Shown here piece by piece: positions 19,760 through 32,520 of a DNA stretch of 64,000 bases. Source of the DNA: Paraspadella gotoi (taxonomy: Eukaryota; Animalia; Chaetognatha); NCBI GenBank assembly GCA_051294375.1, contig CM119267.1:14935694-14999693 (forward strand), written 5' to 3'. The position numbers were made by a program, and so were the translations under genes. Positions within the stretch are counted from its first letter, which is position 1. Every line of letters begins with the position of its first letter. The notes under the pieces were generated by a model, which had not been told where the DNA came from, made no database searches, and saw nothing but the letters and a program-made list of their open reading frames with translations.

Positions 19760-21290
19760 CTTCTCTTCTCTTCTCTTCTCTTCTCTTCTCTTCTCTTCTC
19801 TTCTCTTTTCTCTTTGTTTTCTATCATACTAACACGTTCGCATTCAGTTTCGTCGTTATTTTTATGGGTCAATCGTCGATCAAGGTCAAAAAAGTTGACG
19901 ACCACAACGACGACGACGGTGAAGTCAATGACTACGACGACGACGACGACGACGACGACAACAGCGAAGACGAAACCCAATCGCCGATCGGAGATCTGTT
20001 GGTTTTTTTGTTTTTTTTGTTTCGTCAACGATATTCAAAATTTGAAAGTTGGAACAACTCGCTCATCGTTGTCTTGTCCTTTTTCTCTTCCGTAAAAACG
20101 AATCATCGCCAAATATCTTTATTTTGCTTAGAAAATCTTTTTCCCCCCGAATTTGTTGTTATTTTTTCTTTCTTTCTTTCTTTCCTTTTTTTTTCGAATT
20201 TGTTTGCCTTTTTTATCGCTTCTGTCAGATTTGTCTTATCGTCGTCGCTTCAAAACTTTTTTTACTCTCTCTCGCTAAATCGACAATTTTTTTGTTTTAT
20301 GAAAATTGCGTTTTTGATAAAAGACTATTTACGCGTTTTAAAATTCATATTTCGCTAAACAATTTTAGCGAGAGTTTCGCCCTGAAAAAGCAGTTGTTTT
20401 TGTTTTTTTTTTTAATGCTTGGATCGTAATTTTTTTACCTTAAACAATGAACCTTGCACTCCGATTTTTAGCTTTAAGTTTTTCGTGCAATAAGGACAAC
20501 AAAGGAGTACTTCTTTTAATAATCTGGGACGCGTATTCCAACAATGCTTTTTCATCCGTCCGCTTTTTCATCTGTCCGTAACCTGACATGGTCAACCAAA
20601 AATCCTTGAATATTATATATTATATAAGGGCAAAACTCATGAAATTCCAAGTTAATTAAAACTGTTGAAAAAAAATAAACACGACAACTCCATACAATTT
20701 TTTTTTCTTTCGCTGCATCCGACGCCGCAGCTGGAAAAACACCTCAGCCAGCAGCCACCTTACTCGCCGCGGCGTCTTCAGCAGCGGCGGCAGCGTTCTC
20801 TTCCAGAGACGCGGCGGCGCGGCTGTTCTCTCTCTTTCTCTGCGCGACCATCGCATGACGATAGCCCTCGTTTTCGTGCAGCGTATGGGTCTGGAACATA
20901 CCTCGAGCCGCGGCCAGACTTACCCGACTTACCTCCTCATCCGCTTCGGCCTCGTTCCCATCGGCGCCTTCTCTTCCTTCCGCCACAACATTCCATCGTC
21001 GTCTTCGTCGTTGTCGTCGTTGTTATCATCTCTTGTGTTTTGTCTTCGTCATCGTCGGTGACATCGAAATCGTCGCTGTGTGACTTCGTCTCATTCTGAC
21101 AAGAAATAAAAAAAAATTATAAACACTCGATGAATACTTTTTTTTATTTTAAGGGAGAGAGAGAATATATACCAAGAAAATAGAGGGAGAAAGAGAGACA
21201 GAGATAGAGAGAGAAAAGAAAATTAAGGTTTTTTCGAGTTGTCAACAAAAGAAACGTGTAAAGAGTTTTTTCTCTCTCTCTACTCTCTAA

Positions 21291-21390
<100 letters not shown>

Positions 21391-21481
21391 AATTCTCTCG
21401 TCTCTTTTTCTCTTTCTTTTATCGAATAATAATTGATTTTTCAGGCTGCAAACGACGGAAGACTATTCTCAACACAACCAA

Positions 21482-21779
21482 AAACTTATTTATCCAAAGA
21501 AAGGAATGCTAACAATATAACCAAAGCGAACTAATTATACCAAAAAAAACCAAAACGAACGAACCGTACCAAAGTTTTTTTAAACCAAAGCTCAATTAGT
21601 CAATCAATCGATCACAATTCTTTTCTGGGATTGAAAATGCGGTTCTTGATGAGCAGCCACGGGTCGCTGACTCTGGCGCATACGGCGGAACCGTCGGAGA
21701 CCAGGGGTAAGTTGAGAGAGAGAGAGAGAGGAGAGCTAAAATAGCTTCGGGCGGGGAAAGAGAGAGAGATCGACGAGAG

Positions 21780-21820
<41 letters not shown>

Positions 21821-22851
21821 GTAATAAAGAGCCGCTGGAATTGCCTAAGTTCCGATGGGTGTGGTCGTCTCTAATCCTTGACGTTTCATGCATGCGGGAA
21901 TTGAGACAGCATCGCGCTGCATCAACGGCATCAACGGCATCAACGGCATCGCGCTGCACCTTGCGCCTCATTCGCGTCACGTGATATCATCTATTCGTAT
22001 CACGTGCTTTTCTGATTCGAATTCGGACCGAGATTTGATTCGTTCTGTCGCTGACGATAATGACGACGACGACGACGACGACAATCGTGTTGACTCTTCC
22101 TTGTTTACTTAAGGGGACTGTGTCTTTTTTAATTGGCCCTTATTAACTAATTTATAGTAATGATGCAATTTTTTTTCTCCCATCATGGCCTGAACCTTGG
22201 TCTGCTCTACATAAAACCGTTTTCAAAAATTTTTTACCTCATCATACAGCTGAGATATAAACAGAAAGGTTTTTTTTGCAAAAATATCTTCTTCTTCCAC
22301 TGGATTGACCTGATAAGGTCCAAACTTTGTATGCATGTTCTTTTAGTCCTAGAGAGAAATTCACCAAACGTTCGGGATAATCGTTTTTTTAATGTTTTCA
22401 TTATTTTTATTGTTCTAAGGTCCTTAGTAAGGAATTTGGTTTTAATTTTAGGGTTTTTGGGAAGGAAGTTGCCAATTCAATTTTACCTACGACAACAATA
22501 ATAACCTTATCTTTTCGTGTTTTTTTAAATGGTTAAATTTTTTTTTGTTAAGATTTAAAACTTTCTTCAATTCTACTGTCTTTGAAATTATCTTAGAATC
22601 TCAATTAGCGAAAAAAAAAGATAGTAAAAGAGAAATGAAGGCAATGATGGCAAAGAAAGAAAGTAATAAATGAATGAAGAAAAAAAAAAAGAGAAAACCC
22701 TTAAAAATGAAAAGAATCAATCGGGATATACACAAGTTTAAAAAATTAAAAAAGCACGAAAAAGAAAAGAAGAAAGATTTTCATAAAAAGGAAAAGAAAG
22801 AAACTGCGAGACACAGGCAAAAAAATAAATGGTTTTTACGCCGGACGTCAA

Positions 22852-22903
<52 letters not shown>

Positions 22904-24486
22904 TTTCGGTTTTTTTTTGTCTTCTTTTCGTCTGCTTGATCCTTTTTCTCGTTTTCGCCGCCACTGGCGCCATCATAGTCGTCTATGACGTCAAACTTTT
23001 TTGTTCAATCACCGCCGCCGCGTCCTCTTCCGGAAGCGCCAACGCCTAACTTAACCATAGTTGCTCTCGCTTTTGGAGCCAACAACTTCTCTACGATTCC
23101 AACCACTTCATACCATCCTTCGTAATCATTCCTCTCACTTTCTTTTTAACTATCCTCACGTCCCTAATACACTTCGATCTCACTACCAAATGTCAACTTT
23201 CCTACGCCTCTCCACCGCCACTCCAGCCACCGGACCACCCCCACGACCGCCTTTTTCCTCGACACCAAATCGCTCTCACTCATTTCCGGTTCTTAAGTCC
23301 ACTCCGGTTTGAATCTTCTTCCCCGGAAACGAATTCTTGCTTCTTTCACGCTTCGACCTTTCTTTTTTTCTTGCTCTTTCTCCTCTTCAATCTTTATCTT
23401 TTCTCTCTTCCCTTGCCTTGCTATTTCCAAAACCTTCCTCCATGCTTTTTTCCTTCTTTCAGCTACCAAGAGTGTACCTTTCAATTCTTACATGCTTTCT
23501 TTTCTTTCCCTCTTCCTTCTCACTTTTTAAAATTCTTTTCTATCTTCTTCTATATATCTTCTCTTACTAGATAAGTTTTTTCTTTTTTAAACCGAACCAA
23601 AGTTGATCAAATCTACCTCAAAGTCTAAGGCGATTCATTTCGTTTCGTTGTTAACGAGATATATGTTGCGGAGGGAGTAGAGGGGAAAAAACGTGAAGTT
23701 CATTGATCCGATTACCCACGACCCTCGCCCACCCTTCTTTCTCACCCACGCCCACGAAGAACCCACACCCACAAAGCCCCTTGTACACTCCCCGAAACTC
23801 CCGTAGTCTGACTCACTCCTTTCGCTCACTGTCGGGGGGCAAAAAGGCTTTTCTCCAAATTGTTTCAGATAAAAATCTTTTTTTTATTTTCTCGCTTTTT
23901 GTTCGACTGACGGGAGTTTCTTTTGCGTCGGATGAAGTAACTGATTATTACGAGCGAAAATACGAGGGAGAGGGAAAGCTGATTGTTGTGGTTCAGACTT
24001 TTTATCCGGAAACATCTGTATCGATATTAGGCACAAACTGATTAAGTTTAAAGGGTTCCGGTTTTGGCAGGACGTTAAAAAGGTCTTTTGATAATTTCCT
24101 GCTCAGTGATCATTGGTCCTTTTACATAAATCAACAAGCCATGAATGTTTGCTATCACTTAGCCAAGGCGAAGTTTCGTTGCTTTTTAATTTTCTTGTTT
24201 CGTCAGAACATAAAACTTTCTCTCGCTTTCCGATGTCTCTTCCGCCCCTAATTTGAAACCCCTGCGCTAAAAAGGAACATTCTACGTCTCCTTTTCATTT
24301 TTTTCACTTTTCACTTCGTGAATTTGGCATCGAAAACGTGTCCACTCTTGGTTTGCCGTAATTCTTGCTGACATTTTGCCAAAATCGCCGAAAAAAAAGT
24401 CCCATCATTGATATCCTTTTTTTGACGTAAAGTCGCGTAAAACTTTTTCCCCAACTTTCACTTCTCTCTTTCTCTCCCTCAATCAC

Positions 24487-24572
<86 letters not shown>

Positions 24573-25634
24573 CTCACTCTGCCTCTCTCTCTCTCTCTGC
24601 CTCTCTCTCTCTCTCCTCTTGTCTGTCTGTCTTTTCTACAGCTTTTTCACCGACTCATGTGAAACACAAACATCATATTTCTCATCATTTTTTAGGAGGT
24701 CCTACTTTTTTCTCCATTTTATAATTGACGCCCAAATTAATTTTACATTTAATCACATAATCACATAAAAGCCGAATGAAACTATAAAAGCAAAAAAACA
24801 AATAGAAAAACATCAAAATTCATTAATTTAAAATTTTAATTCTCGCCCGCGTATTGACAGCGCGATTCGCTTCTCAGCCGCTAGGGTTCATTGTCAAGAA
24901 TTTGTTTACGAAAAATATTAGTTTTCTCTTTGACTTTAAGATGTCCCAACCGCGGTTTCTGACGGTTTTGTTTTGATGACGTCAAGTTGTGAAAAAAATA
25001 TTTTATGAAAACATTTTTTTTAAATCGACCATTTGGAATTTGAATTTTCGACATTTACTAGATCTTAGTTGAATCAGCGATTTTCCGAATTATCTCAAAT
25101 TGAATTTGTTATATTTTTGTGTGATATTTCCAGTGAATTTCAGTCGGTTCAGCGACGTCTTGTGAGGCGAGAAAGACGGACGAAGTGAAGCGTTTCACAC
25201 CCAAGGCGTTTAAGACTCCCGGGCGATCGACTCGCGGGAATGGAGATCTGGGTCAGGATGGGTCAACCGTCGAGTGAAGCATTTGTCTCGGATGATTTCA
25301 CAGAAGCGAAGGAGCCGATCACTCGTTGATATTGAGAGCGTTGCGTTGAGAGAGAGAGAGTGAGAGAGTGAGAGAGTGAGAGAGTGAGAGAGTGAGAGAG
25401 TGAGATAGTGAGAGAGTGAGAGAGTGAGAGAGTGAGAGAGTGAGATAGAGAGAGAGTGAGCGAGAAAGAGGGAGAGTTGACTATTTTTTTACTTGTCCGC
25501 GCCGACCATCAGCTGAGTGATCGATCGCGTAGTTCCTTGTTTCACATTCCTCTGATTTAATCATTCTCTCGCTCAGTCTCACACCTCGCATCGCCGATGG
25601 CGCCATCTCCTCCAACTCTAGTGAAATCAACGAT
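21482..25634 (+). repeat. Copy 1 of a ~4.2 kb inverted duplication (empty-site copy)
   Basis: Collinear reverse-complement match to 30835-36015 along its length, e.g. cgccatctcctccaactctagtgaaa at 25601 vs tttcactagagttggaggagatggcg at 30845. Confidence 0.9.
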
Positions 25635-25823
25635 CTTTTGTTTATTTCCGACGAAATCTAACCGAGTTTTAAAGTCGAACGAAGAAAAGGACGAAAATAA
25701 ATTGAAAATCGATCTTTTTCAGATCGAAATCTCGCTAAAGAAAATATTTTGAGGCGTTCAGGGAGTTTGACGAAACTGGGCGGAGATGCCTTGGAGAGAG
25801 AGAGAGGAAGAGAGAGAGAGAGA

Positions 25824-25867
<44 letters not shown>

Positions 25868-25914
25868 CATTAGCTCCCCTGAACGTCAAGAAGGGCTTGC
25901 CAATGTCTATTTTA

Positions 25915-26009
<95 letters not shown>

Positions 26010-26573
26010 CATTCCTGTCCCGCCTATCTTTTTTTGCTATCTTTCTCCCGGTCCATCCAAATTTCTCCCTCTTCTGTCTCCCACCAACAGCTCGACTCTC
26101 AATGAGAGAGAATTTCCTTTTAATTTAATCTTTTTTTTTCAAGTTCAAACAAAAGTTTAAATACCAACGCCGAGCTGTTTTCGACTTTCTGAATTTAATT
26201 AAGATATTAATTAATTTACATATTAAAATACTATTGTTTGAAACTTTGAAACAACGAGAAAAAAACAACAAAACAAAAAACTGCCAAAAAATTTCAATTT
26301 TTCTTACTTAGTTTGCGCCGCCGAATCGTAAAAATCGTAATATTTCAAATTCGTCGATAACGAAATTCACTCACTTCTCTCCTTTCTCCTTATCTTTTCT
26401 TTTCTCATTTTTTAAAAAAATAAGTAAAAAAAAAGTTTTTTTCCAAATCTGGTCGAGGTTCGAAGTTTTTTCCCCCCTTCATCCGATAACAGAGTTCGAT
26501 CGATCTTTCGCATTCACAACTTCGTTATCACTTTTCTTTCTTTCTCCACGTCTTCTTGGTATTTATCCCCTAA

Positions 26574-26618
<45 letters not shown>

Positions 26619-27897
26619 TTTTAGTTTAATCGTCATCATCATCATCATCATTTATCGTCGTCTTCATTCGAACCTTTTCATTATTTTTTTAATCCCAATC
26701 TTTGAACAATCTTTCATCGTCGTCGTCGTCGTCGTCGTCGTCGTTTTCTCTTCCTTCACAGTCTTCATTTTTTTCATGTTATCATCGAAAAAAAAGGAGC
26801 TTCTGTTGTCCCTCGCATTTAAATCGAGGCCCTGGGCGGACGGAGGTATTTTAGACTGCCTCTTCCTCTTCCTCGTCCTCGTCGTTGTCGTCGTCGTCGT
26901 CATCATCATCGAACCCTTTATTGTCATAATCCTCGTACACATCATAATCAGAAAAAAAAAAAAAAACTCTCTCGTCTGTAAATTTTTCTTTTTCATGCCG
27001 AGATATTTTTTGGTTATTCCCGATGGAATTTCAAATTTTGCCGGGAAGCTGAATAGAAAAAAAAATATACAAGAGAGCGGGAAATTGTACATTAACAATA
27101 AACAAATAATAAAAAAAATGCCGATATCCATCGTGAATTGATTATCGAATCCTGATGAACGGAGCCGACCGTCCGAAGATCATGAGGTACTCCATCAGGT
27201 GAGGCACAAGTTTTTAGGTATTTTTTTTTATCTTCGCCCGCGAACGAATAAGTTACATTTGAGTTCGTTAATCTGGAAGTTAAAAAAAATAAAATTACAA
27301 ACGCAATTAGTATCTAATTCAAACGATCGATGGTGACTCATTTTCTCCGTATTTCTTAACATCCGATATCGAGAAACGGAGTTAATTATTTGCTGCGGTC
27401 AGCTGCATTTGCTGCAGCAAATATCCTCAGCATCGATGCGGCAGGGATGCTTTTCTGCGAAGCAAACAGTGGGACACCGCGATAAGAAAGGCGGTCTCTT
27501 AAAAAGATGGAAAAGCGTTCTTCTGCCTTATCTCTCTCTCTCTCTCTCTCTCTCTNNNNNNNNNNNNNNNNNNNNNNNNNNNNNNNNNNNNNNNNNNNNN
27601 NNNNNNNNNNNNNNNNNNNNNNNNNNNNNNNNNNNNNNNNNNNNNNNNNNNNNNNNNNNNNNNNNNNNNNNNNNNNNNNNNNNNNNNNNNNNNNNNNNNN
27701 NNNNNNNNNNNNNNNNNNNNNNNNNNNNNNNNNNNNNNNNNNGACTCAATATTTAAATTGGGCTGACACACACATTAAAAAAGTTTAAGTTAGCTCAGTC
27801 GGTTCGAGTTGAAACTTTTTTTTTCAGAGCGAAAAAAATCCGGAAAACCCTAATTCGAAAAAGAAAAAAAAAATCGTTAATAGTAAACCGGCGCTGG

Positions 27898-27930
<33 letters not shown>

Positions 27931-28172
27931 NNNNNNNNNNNNNNNNNNNNNNNNNCTTTTTTTATTCTGTTCTCTCCATCTCTTTTTGCTTTTCCATCCA
28001 TTCCTCGCACCCCCCCAACACCGTCTCACTCCGTCCCATTTCCATTTCCCCGTCGCCAAAGTTAAACCGCAGGGTCCAGCGCTTGTGTTGGATAATGATG
28101 AACGACGTTCTCTCTCTCTAGTTGGCTTTATGATGAATGGGTCACAGTCGAGAGTCGAGGATGGAGAGAGAG

Positions 28173-28222
<50 letters not shown>

Positions 28223-31200
28223 GCGAGAGAAGAGAGAGGAGAAGAAGACAGACAGAAGAGAGAGAGAGAATTTGCCAGCGCCGGTTTACTATTTACGATT
28301 TTTTTTTTCTTTTTCGAATTAGGGTTTTCCGGATGACTCAATATTTAAATTGGGCTGACACACACATTAAAAAAGTTTAAGTTAGCTCAGTCGGTTCGAG
28401 TTGAAACTTTTTTTTTCAGAGCGAAAAAAAAATACTGAGAGCTTGGAATGACGGACGGACGAAAATCGAACTGGTGCAGAAATAAATCGATCAATGAAAA
28501 GGTATTGTGAGCGATGGATATAAAAATGGACAATGTATCTTCGCGCAGATGGACAGCGAGACCACAGGTTCTTTCATTCTTTTCTGCGTCCCTCTAAGGC
28601 TTGAATAGCGCGGTAAGTCGTGAGACCAGATCCATAAAAATCCTGACATTATGAAGACCGCACCACATTTTTTAGCCATTTAATACTGCACGACCCTCAA
28701 GCCACTCGTCAAGTTTCCCAAAGATGATTTTTTTTCGCGATCTTGATTTTTTTAATCTTCAAAACTTCATAATGTTTGTGAAATTTTCTCCTCAATCTAT
28801 AAACATTCTCAATCCCTAGATACGAAGTCGAAAACAGTGACTCTGGAAGAGACCGGGAATCTGTGATGCGATTTTTGATCTGGGCTGTCAATGACAATGA
28901 CACACATTTTTTCTTTTACCACCCCTCTGTTCTTCACCTATCGTCTAGCCGTCGATCTGTCTGTTTTTACCCTTGTCTGTCTGAATGTCTGTTTATGTGG
29001 TTGTCAGTTTCTCTCTGTAAAGCAGATTAATGAAAATATTACTTCCCAGTGCTCGCCGGAATACTACTAAAAGTTTGTTATTTTTAAATAATTACCAGTT
29101 TTTTTCTAAATTTAATCTAGCGAAAGCTTGTCATCTGAAAATCGTAACGATTTTTAACTCCTCAAGTCTTTTAGCCACACGATTCCCGTGTTTATTATCA
29201 ACCGAATTTCGATCCCTGATTTCCATTTCTGTTTTTTTTTGGCAAAATCGGCGAATTTTTCTCGAATCCGAGTCGCTCTAACCCAAATTCCTTATCAATT
29301 AAGTGTCGCGGCCTTTCGGGCATTTTTATCTTTGGCATCCGCAATTTACTCGAGCTTCCGTCGCCTCACTTTCTGACTTCGTTTTTGACTTTTCGAATTT
29401 ATTGCTTCGTATTTTAGGCCAAGTTTCAACGTTTATGTATTACTTCGCGTTCGTTTATAGTAAAAGTTTTTATAATCAAAATCTCTACTTAAAATTTTTG
29501 GACAAATGCGTCTCATGAGGCCACGCCCAAAACGTAACTCTCATCGGGGTCCACCCGTAACGTTATCGCCACATTCCGCCATCATTACCGTCACATTCTT
29601 GCACCAACTTAATTATTTATGACTCGCCACTTAGGATAAGCGACATTCATTGTCTCTCGTCCTCAAAACAAGACGAACAATCGTCAGTGCGAACTGTTTC
29701 TTTCCGACCGTTCCTGACTGTTTTCGCCGTTCCTAATCCCATCCTTCGACGAATCGAATCCAATTAATTGATATTTCTCCCAACGACGTTTATAAAATTC
29801 GCGCCGATGACGTCGGGAACCCGCGAATCGCCGTTCGGTCAATTAGTCGATCGCCCGCTCGTGATTTGTCGAAACTTTCTTTTAACCTCGATGCTATTGG
29901 GCGTCATTGGAGGGGAAGAGGGAACGAACGGAACAGATAAAATATCACGCGTGAGCCCTCGACTTACTCCCGCTCAGTGAAACTGNNNNNNNNNNNNNNN
30001 NNNNNNNNNNTGAAAGTTCTTTTTTATGTAAAAAGAATGAAAAAAAAAACGACGCGGAATGGTTCTAAAATATTAGAAAAAAAAAAAAACCCCGAAAAAC
30101 AAAAACAAGAAAACAAAACTAAAAAGGCAAGGACTTGGACGGAGAACTAAAACATAAAGTCAAATGTATCCTTAAATCTGACCCTTGACCTCGAATGAGT
30201 TTCCGTCGTTTCATTAAAACAGTCGCATTTCTCGTGTCTAATTTCCATTGCGATCGACGACCCCGTCAGCATCGCTACAGCCGCTCGATACGATCGTGGC
30301 CGTTTGCCTTTTTATTTTATTTTTTTTTTGTGAAAAAATTTTAACTCTACTCTTCTCTCTCCTCTCTCTCTCTCTTTCTTTCTTCTTCCACTTCTCTTCT
30401 CTCTCTCTCTTCTCTCATCTCTCGCTCACCTCTCTCTTCTTCTCTCTCTCTGCTGTCTTCTGTCTTCACAAACGTGTGAGAGGGCCACCCCCAGAGCAAA
30501 AAACACAGTTCTACCTGGGAAATCCAGAAAACTCTTTCGAATGAAACACTTCTCGCTTCTCTCTCCTCTCTCTCTCTCATCTCTCTCTCTCTCTTCTCTC
30601 TCTTCTCTTCTCTCTCTCGTCTCTCTTCCTCTCTCTCTCTCCACATCTTCACACCCAAGTTTCGCAAACTCCCCTGAAACGCCTCAAAATATTTTTTTAG
30701 CGAGATTCGATCTGAAAAGATGATTTTCAATTTATTTTTTCGTCCTTTTTTCTTCGTTCGACTTAAAACTCGGGTTTAAGAATTTTTTTTTCGTTTCCGG
30801 AAAATTTTAAAAAAAAAGGGGGAAAAGAAAAAAAATCGTTGAATTTTCACTAGAGTTGGAGGAGATGGCGCACATTTCGGCGATGCGCAAGGTGTGAGAA
30901 CTGAGCGAGAGAAAATGAATTAAATCAGAGGAATGTGAAACAAGGTTAACCTACGCGAATCGATCACTCAGCTGATGGTCCGGCGCGGACAAGTAAAAAA
31001 ATATCAACTCTCCTCTTTCCTCGCTCACTCTCGTCTCTATCTACTTCTCAGCTCTCTCACTCTCTCATCCTCTCCATATCTCAGCATCCTCTCACCTCTC
31101 TCATCTCTCACTCTCTACTCTCTCACTCTCTACGCCTCTCTTCTTCTTCAACGCACCAACGCTCTCAAGTATCAACGAGTGATCGCTCCTTCGTCTGTGA

Positions 31201-31922
31201 AATATCTACGAGACAAATGCTTCACAACTCGACGAGGTTGACCCATCTGATGACCCAGATCTCCATTCCCGCGAAGTCGATCGCCCGGGAGTCCCTTTAA
31301 ACGCTTGGGGTGTGAAAACCGCCTTTTCCTTGTTCCGTCTTTCTCGACTCACAAGACGGTCGCTGACCGAACTGAAATTGCACTGGAAATATCTAAGGAA
31401 CAAATATAACAAATTAATTTGAGAATAAATTCGGAAAATCGCTGATTCACTAAGCAATCTAGTAAATGTTCGAAAATTCAAATTCCCAATGGGTCGGGTC
31501 GATTTAAAAAAAAAAATGTGTTCATAAAATATTTTTTTTCTACCAACTTGACGTCATCCAAAAAACAAAACCGTCAGAAACGGCGGTTGGACAATCTTAA
31601 AAGTCAAAGAAAAACTAAATATTTTTCGTGACAAATTCTTGAACATGAAACTAGCGGCTGAGAAGCGAATGCGCGCTGTCAATACGCGGGCGAAGAATGT
31701 AAAATTTTAATTAAAATGGAATTTTGATGTTGTTTTCTATTGTTTTTTTTTGCTTTTATAGGATTTCATTCGGCTTTTATGTGATTATGTGATTAAATGT
31801 AAAATTAATTTTGAGCGTCAATTATATAAATGGAGAAAAAAGTAGGACCCTCCTAAAAAATGATGAAATTATGGCACAGCCGGGTTGCCTGTGATGCCCA
31901 TTGGGATGAGGGCATCTTCACT

Positions 31923-32007
31923 GTTTGGCTTTGGGGCTTCCGACCCTCAGTGACGCCGTCCATCACTGCGCGGTTACACCTAAGGACGGTCTCCGCTTTT
32001 GCAAAGC
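31923..32007 (-). ncRNA. Twister ribozyme, permuted type P5 (copy in left repeat; noisier sequence)
   Basis: Minus strand: GCGG aGA CCG TCC tta GGtg TAA CCGC G CAGTGA..TCACTG AGGG T CGG AA GC CCCa. Same element order as the right-hand copy. Confidence 0.65.
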
Positions 32008-32432
32008 AGAGGGAAGTGTTAGGACTGTGGAATGGAACACTACGCCTGGAGTGGGTGTTTCCCCGCTCTGAGCCAATGGATTTGGCTGACGGATGGTGGA
32101 ATGTGGGGGCGAGTGAATATACCGCCACAGGATCCACACCGGGCCAAGACAGAATCACTCAGGTTCTCAAGCCTGAGAGGTGTCTGACAAGACTGTTACC
32201 ATAGTGGGAGAGAGAGAGAGAGCGCTGAGTTGTGGGGGCATAGTGCCGTTTTGTCGTAGCGTACCCCAGGGGCATAGGCGTTTGTCGTAGCGTACACCAA
32301 AGTAGGCAGGGCAAGGCGTTTTGTCATAGCGTACCTGAAGAAGGTTGCGTGTCGATAGTAGGGCCCTCCACACTCTATGGCCAACAGCCGGGTTGCCTGT
32401 GATGCCCAAATTTAGGGATGGGGCATCTCAAT

Positions 32433-32520
32433 GTTGGCTTTGGGGCTTCCGACCCCTCAGTGACGCTCCAGTCACTGAGGCGCGGTTACCCTAGGCTGGG
32501 ACGGTCCTCGCTTTGCCAAC
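32433..32520 (-). ncRNA. Twister ribozyme, permuted type P5 (copy in right repeat)
   Basis: Minus strand: GTTGGC aaa GCG(a)G GA CCG TCC cagccta GGG TAA CCGC GC CTCAGTGAC tggagc GTCACTGAG GGG T CGG AA GC CCC aaa GCCAAC. This reads as P5a, P2b, GA, pseudoknot strand, P1 hairpin, U^AA, P2a, GC, P3, P4a, loop U-CGG-AA-GC, P4b, P5b. Both pseudoknots (CGG/CCG and GC/GC) are complementary. Confidence 0.8.

Noticed and set aside
27150-27185. CTGATGA-ACGG..CCGT-ccGAAG hammerhead-like string
   Set aside because: Extra bases before GAA, no GAAA, and no identifiable stems I/III.
27743-28432. Nested direct (27743-27838 / 28335-28432) and inverted (27838-27930 / 28260-28334) repeats resembling a MITE
   Set aside because: Abuts N-gaps including a 25-N join; best explained as gap-filling misassembly.
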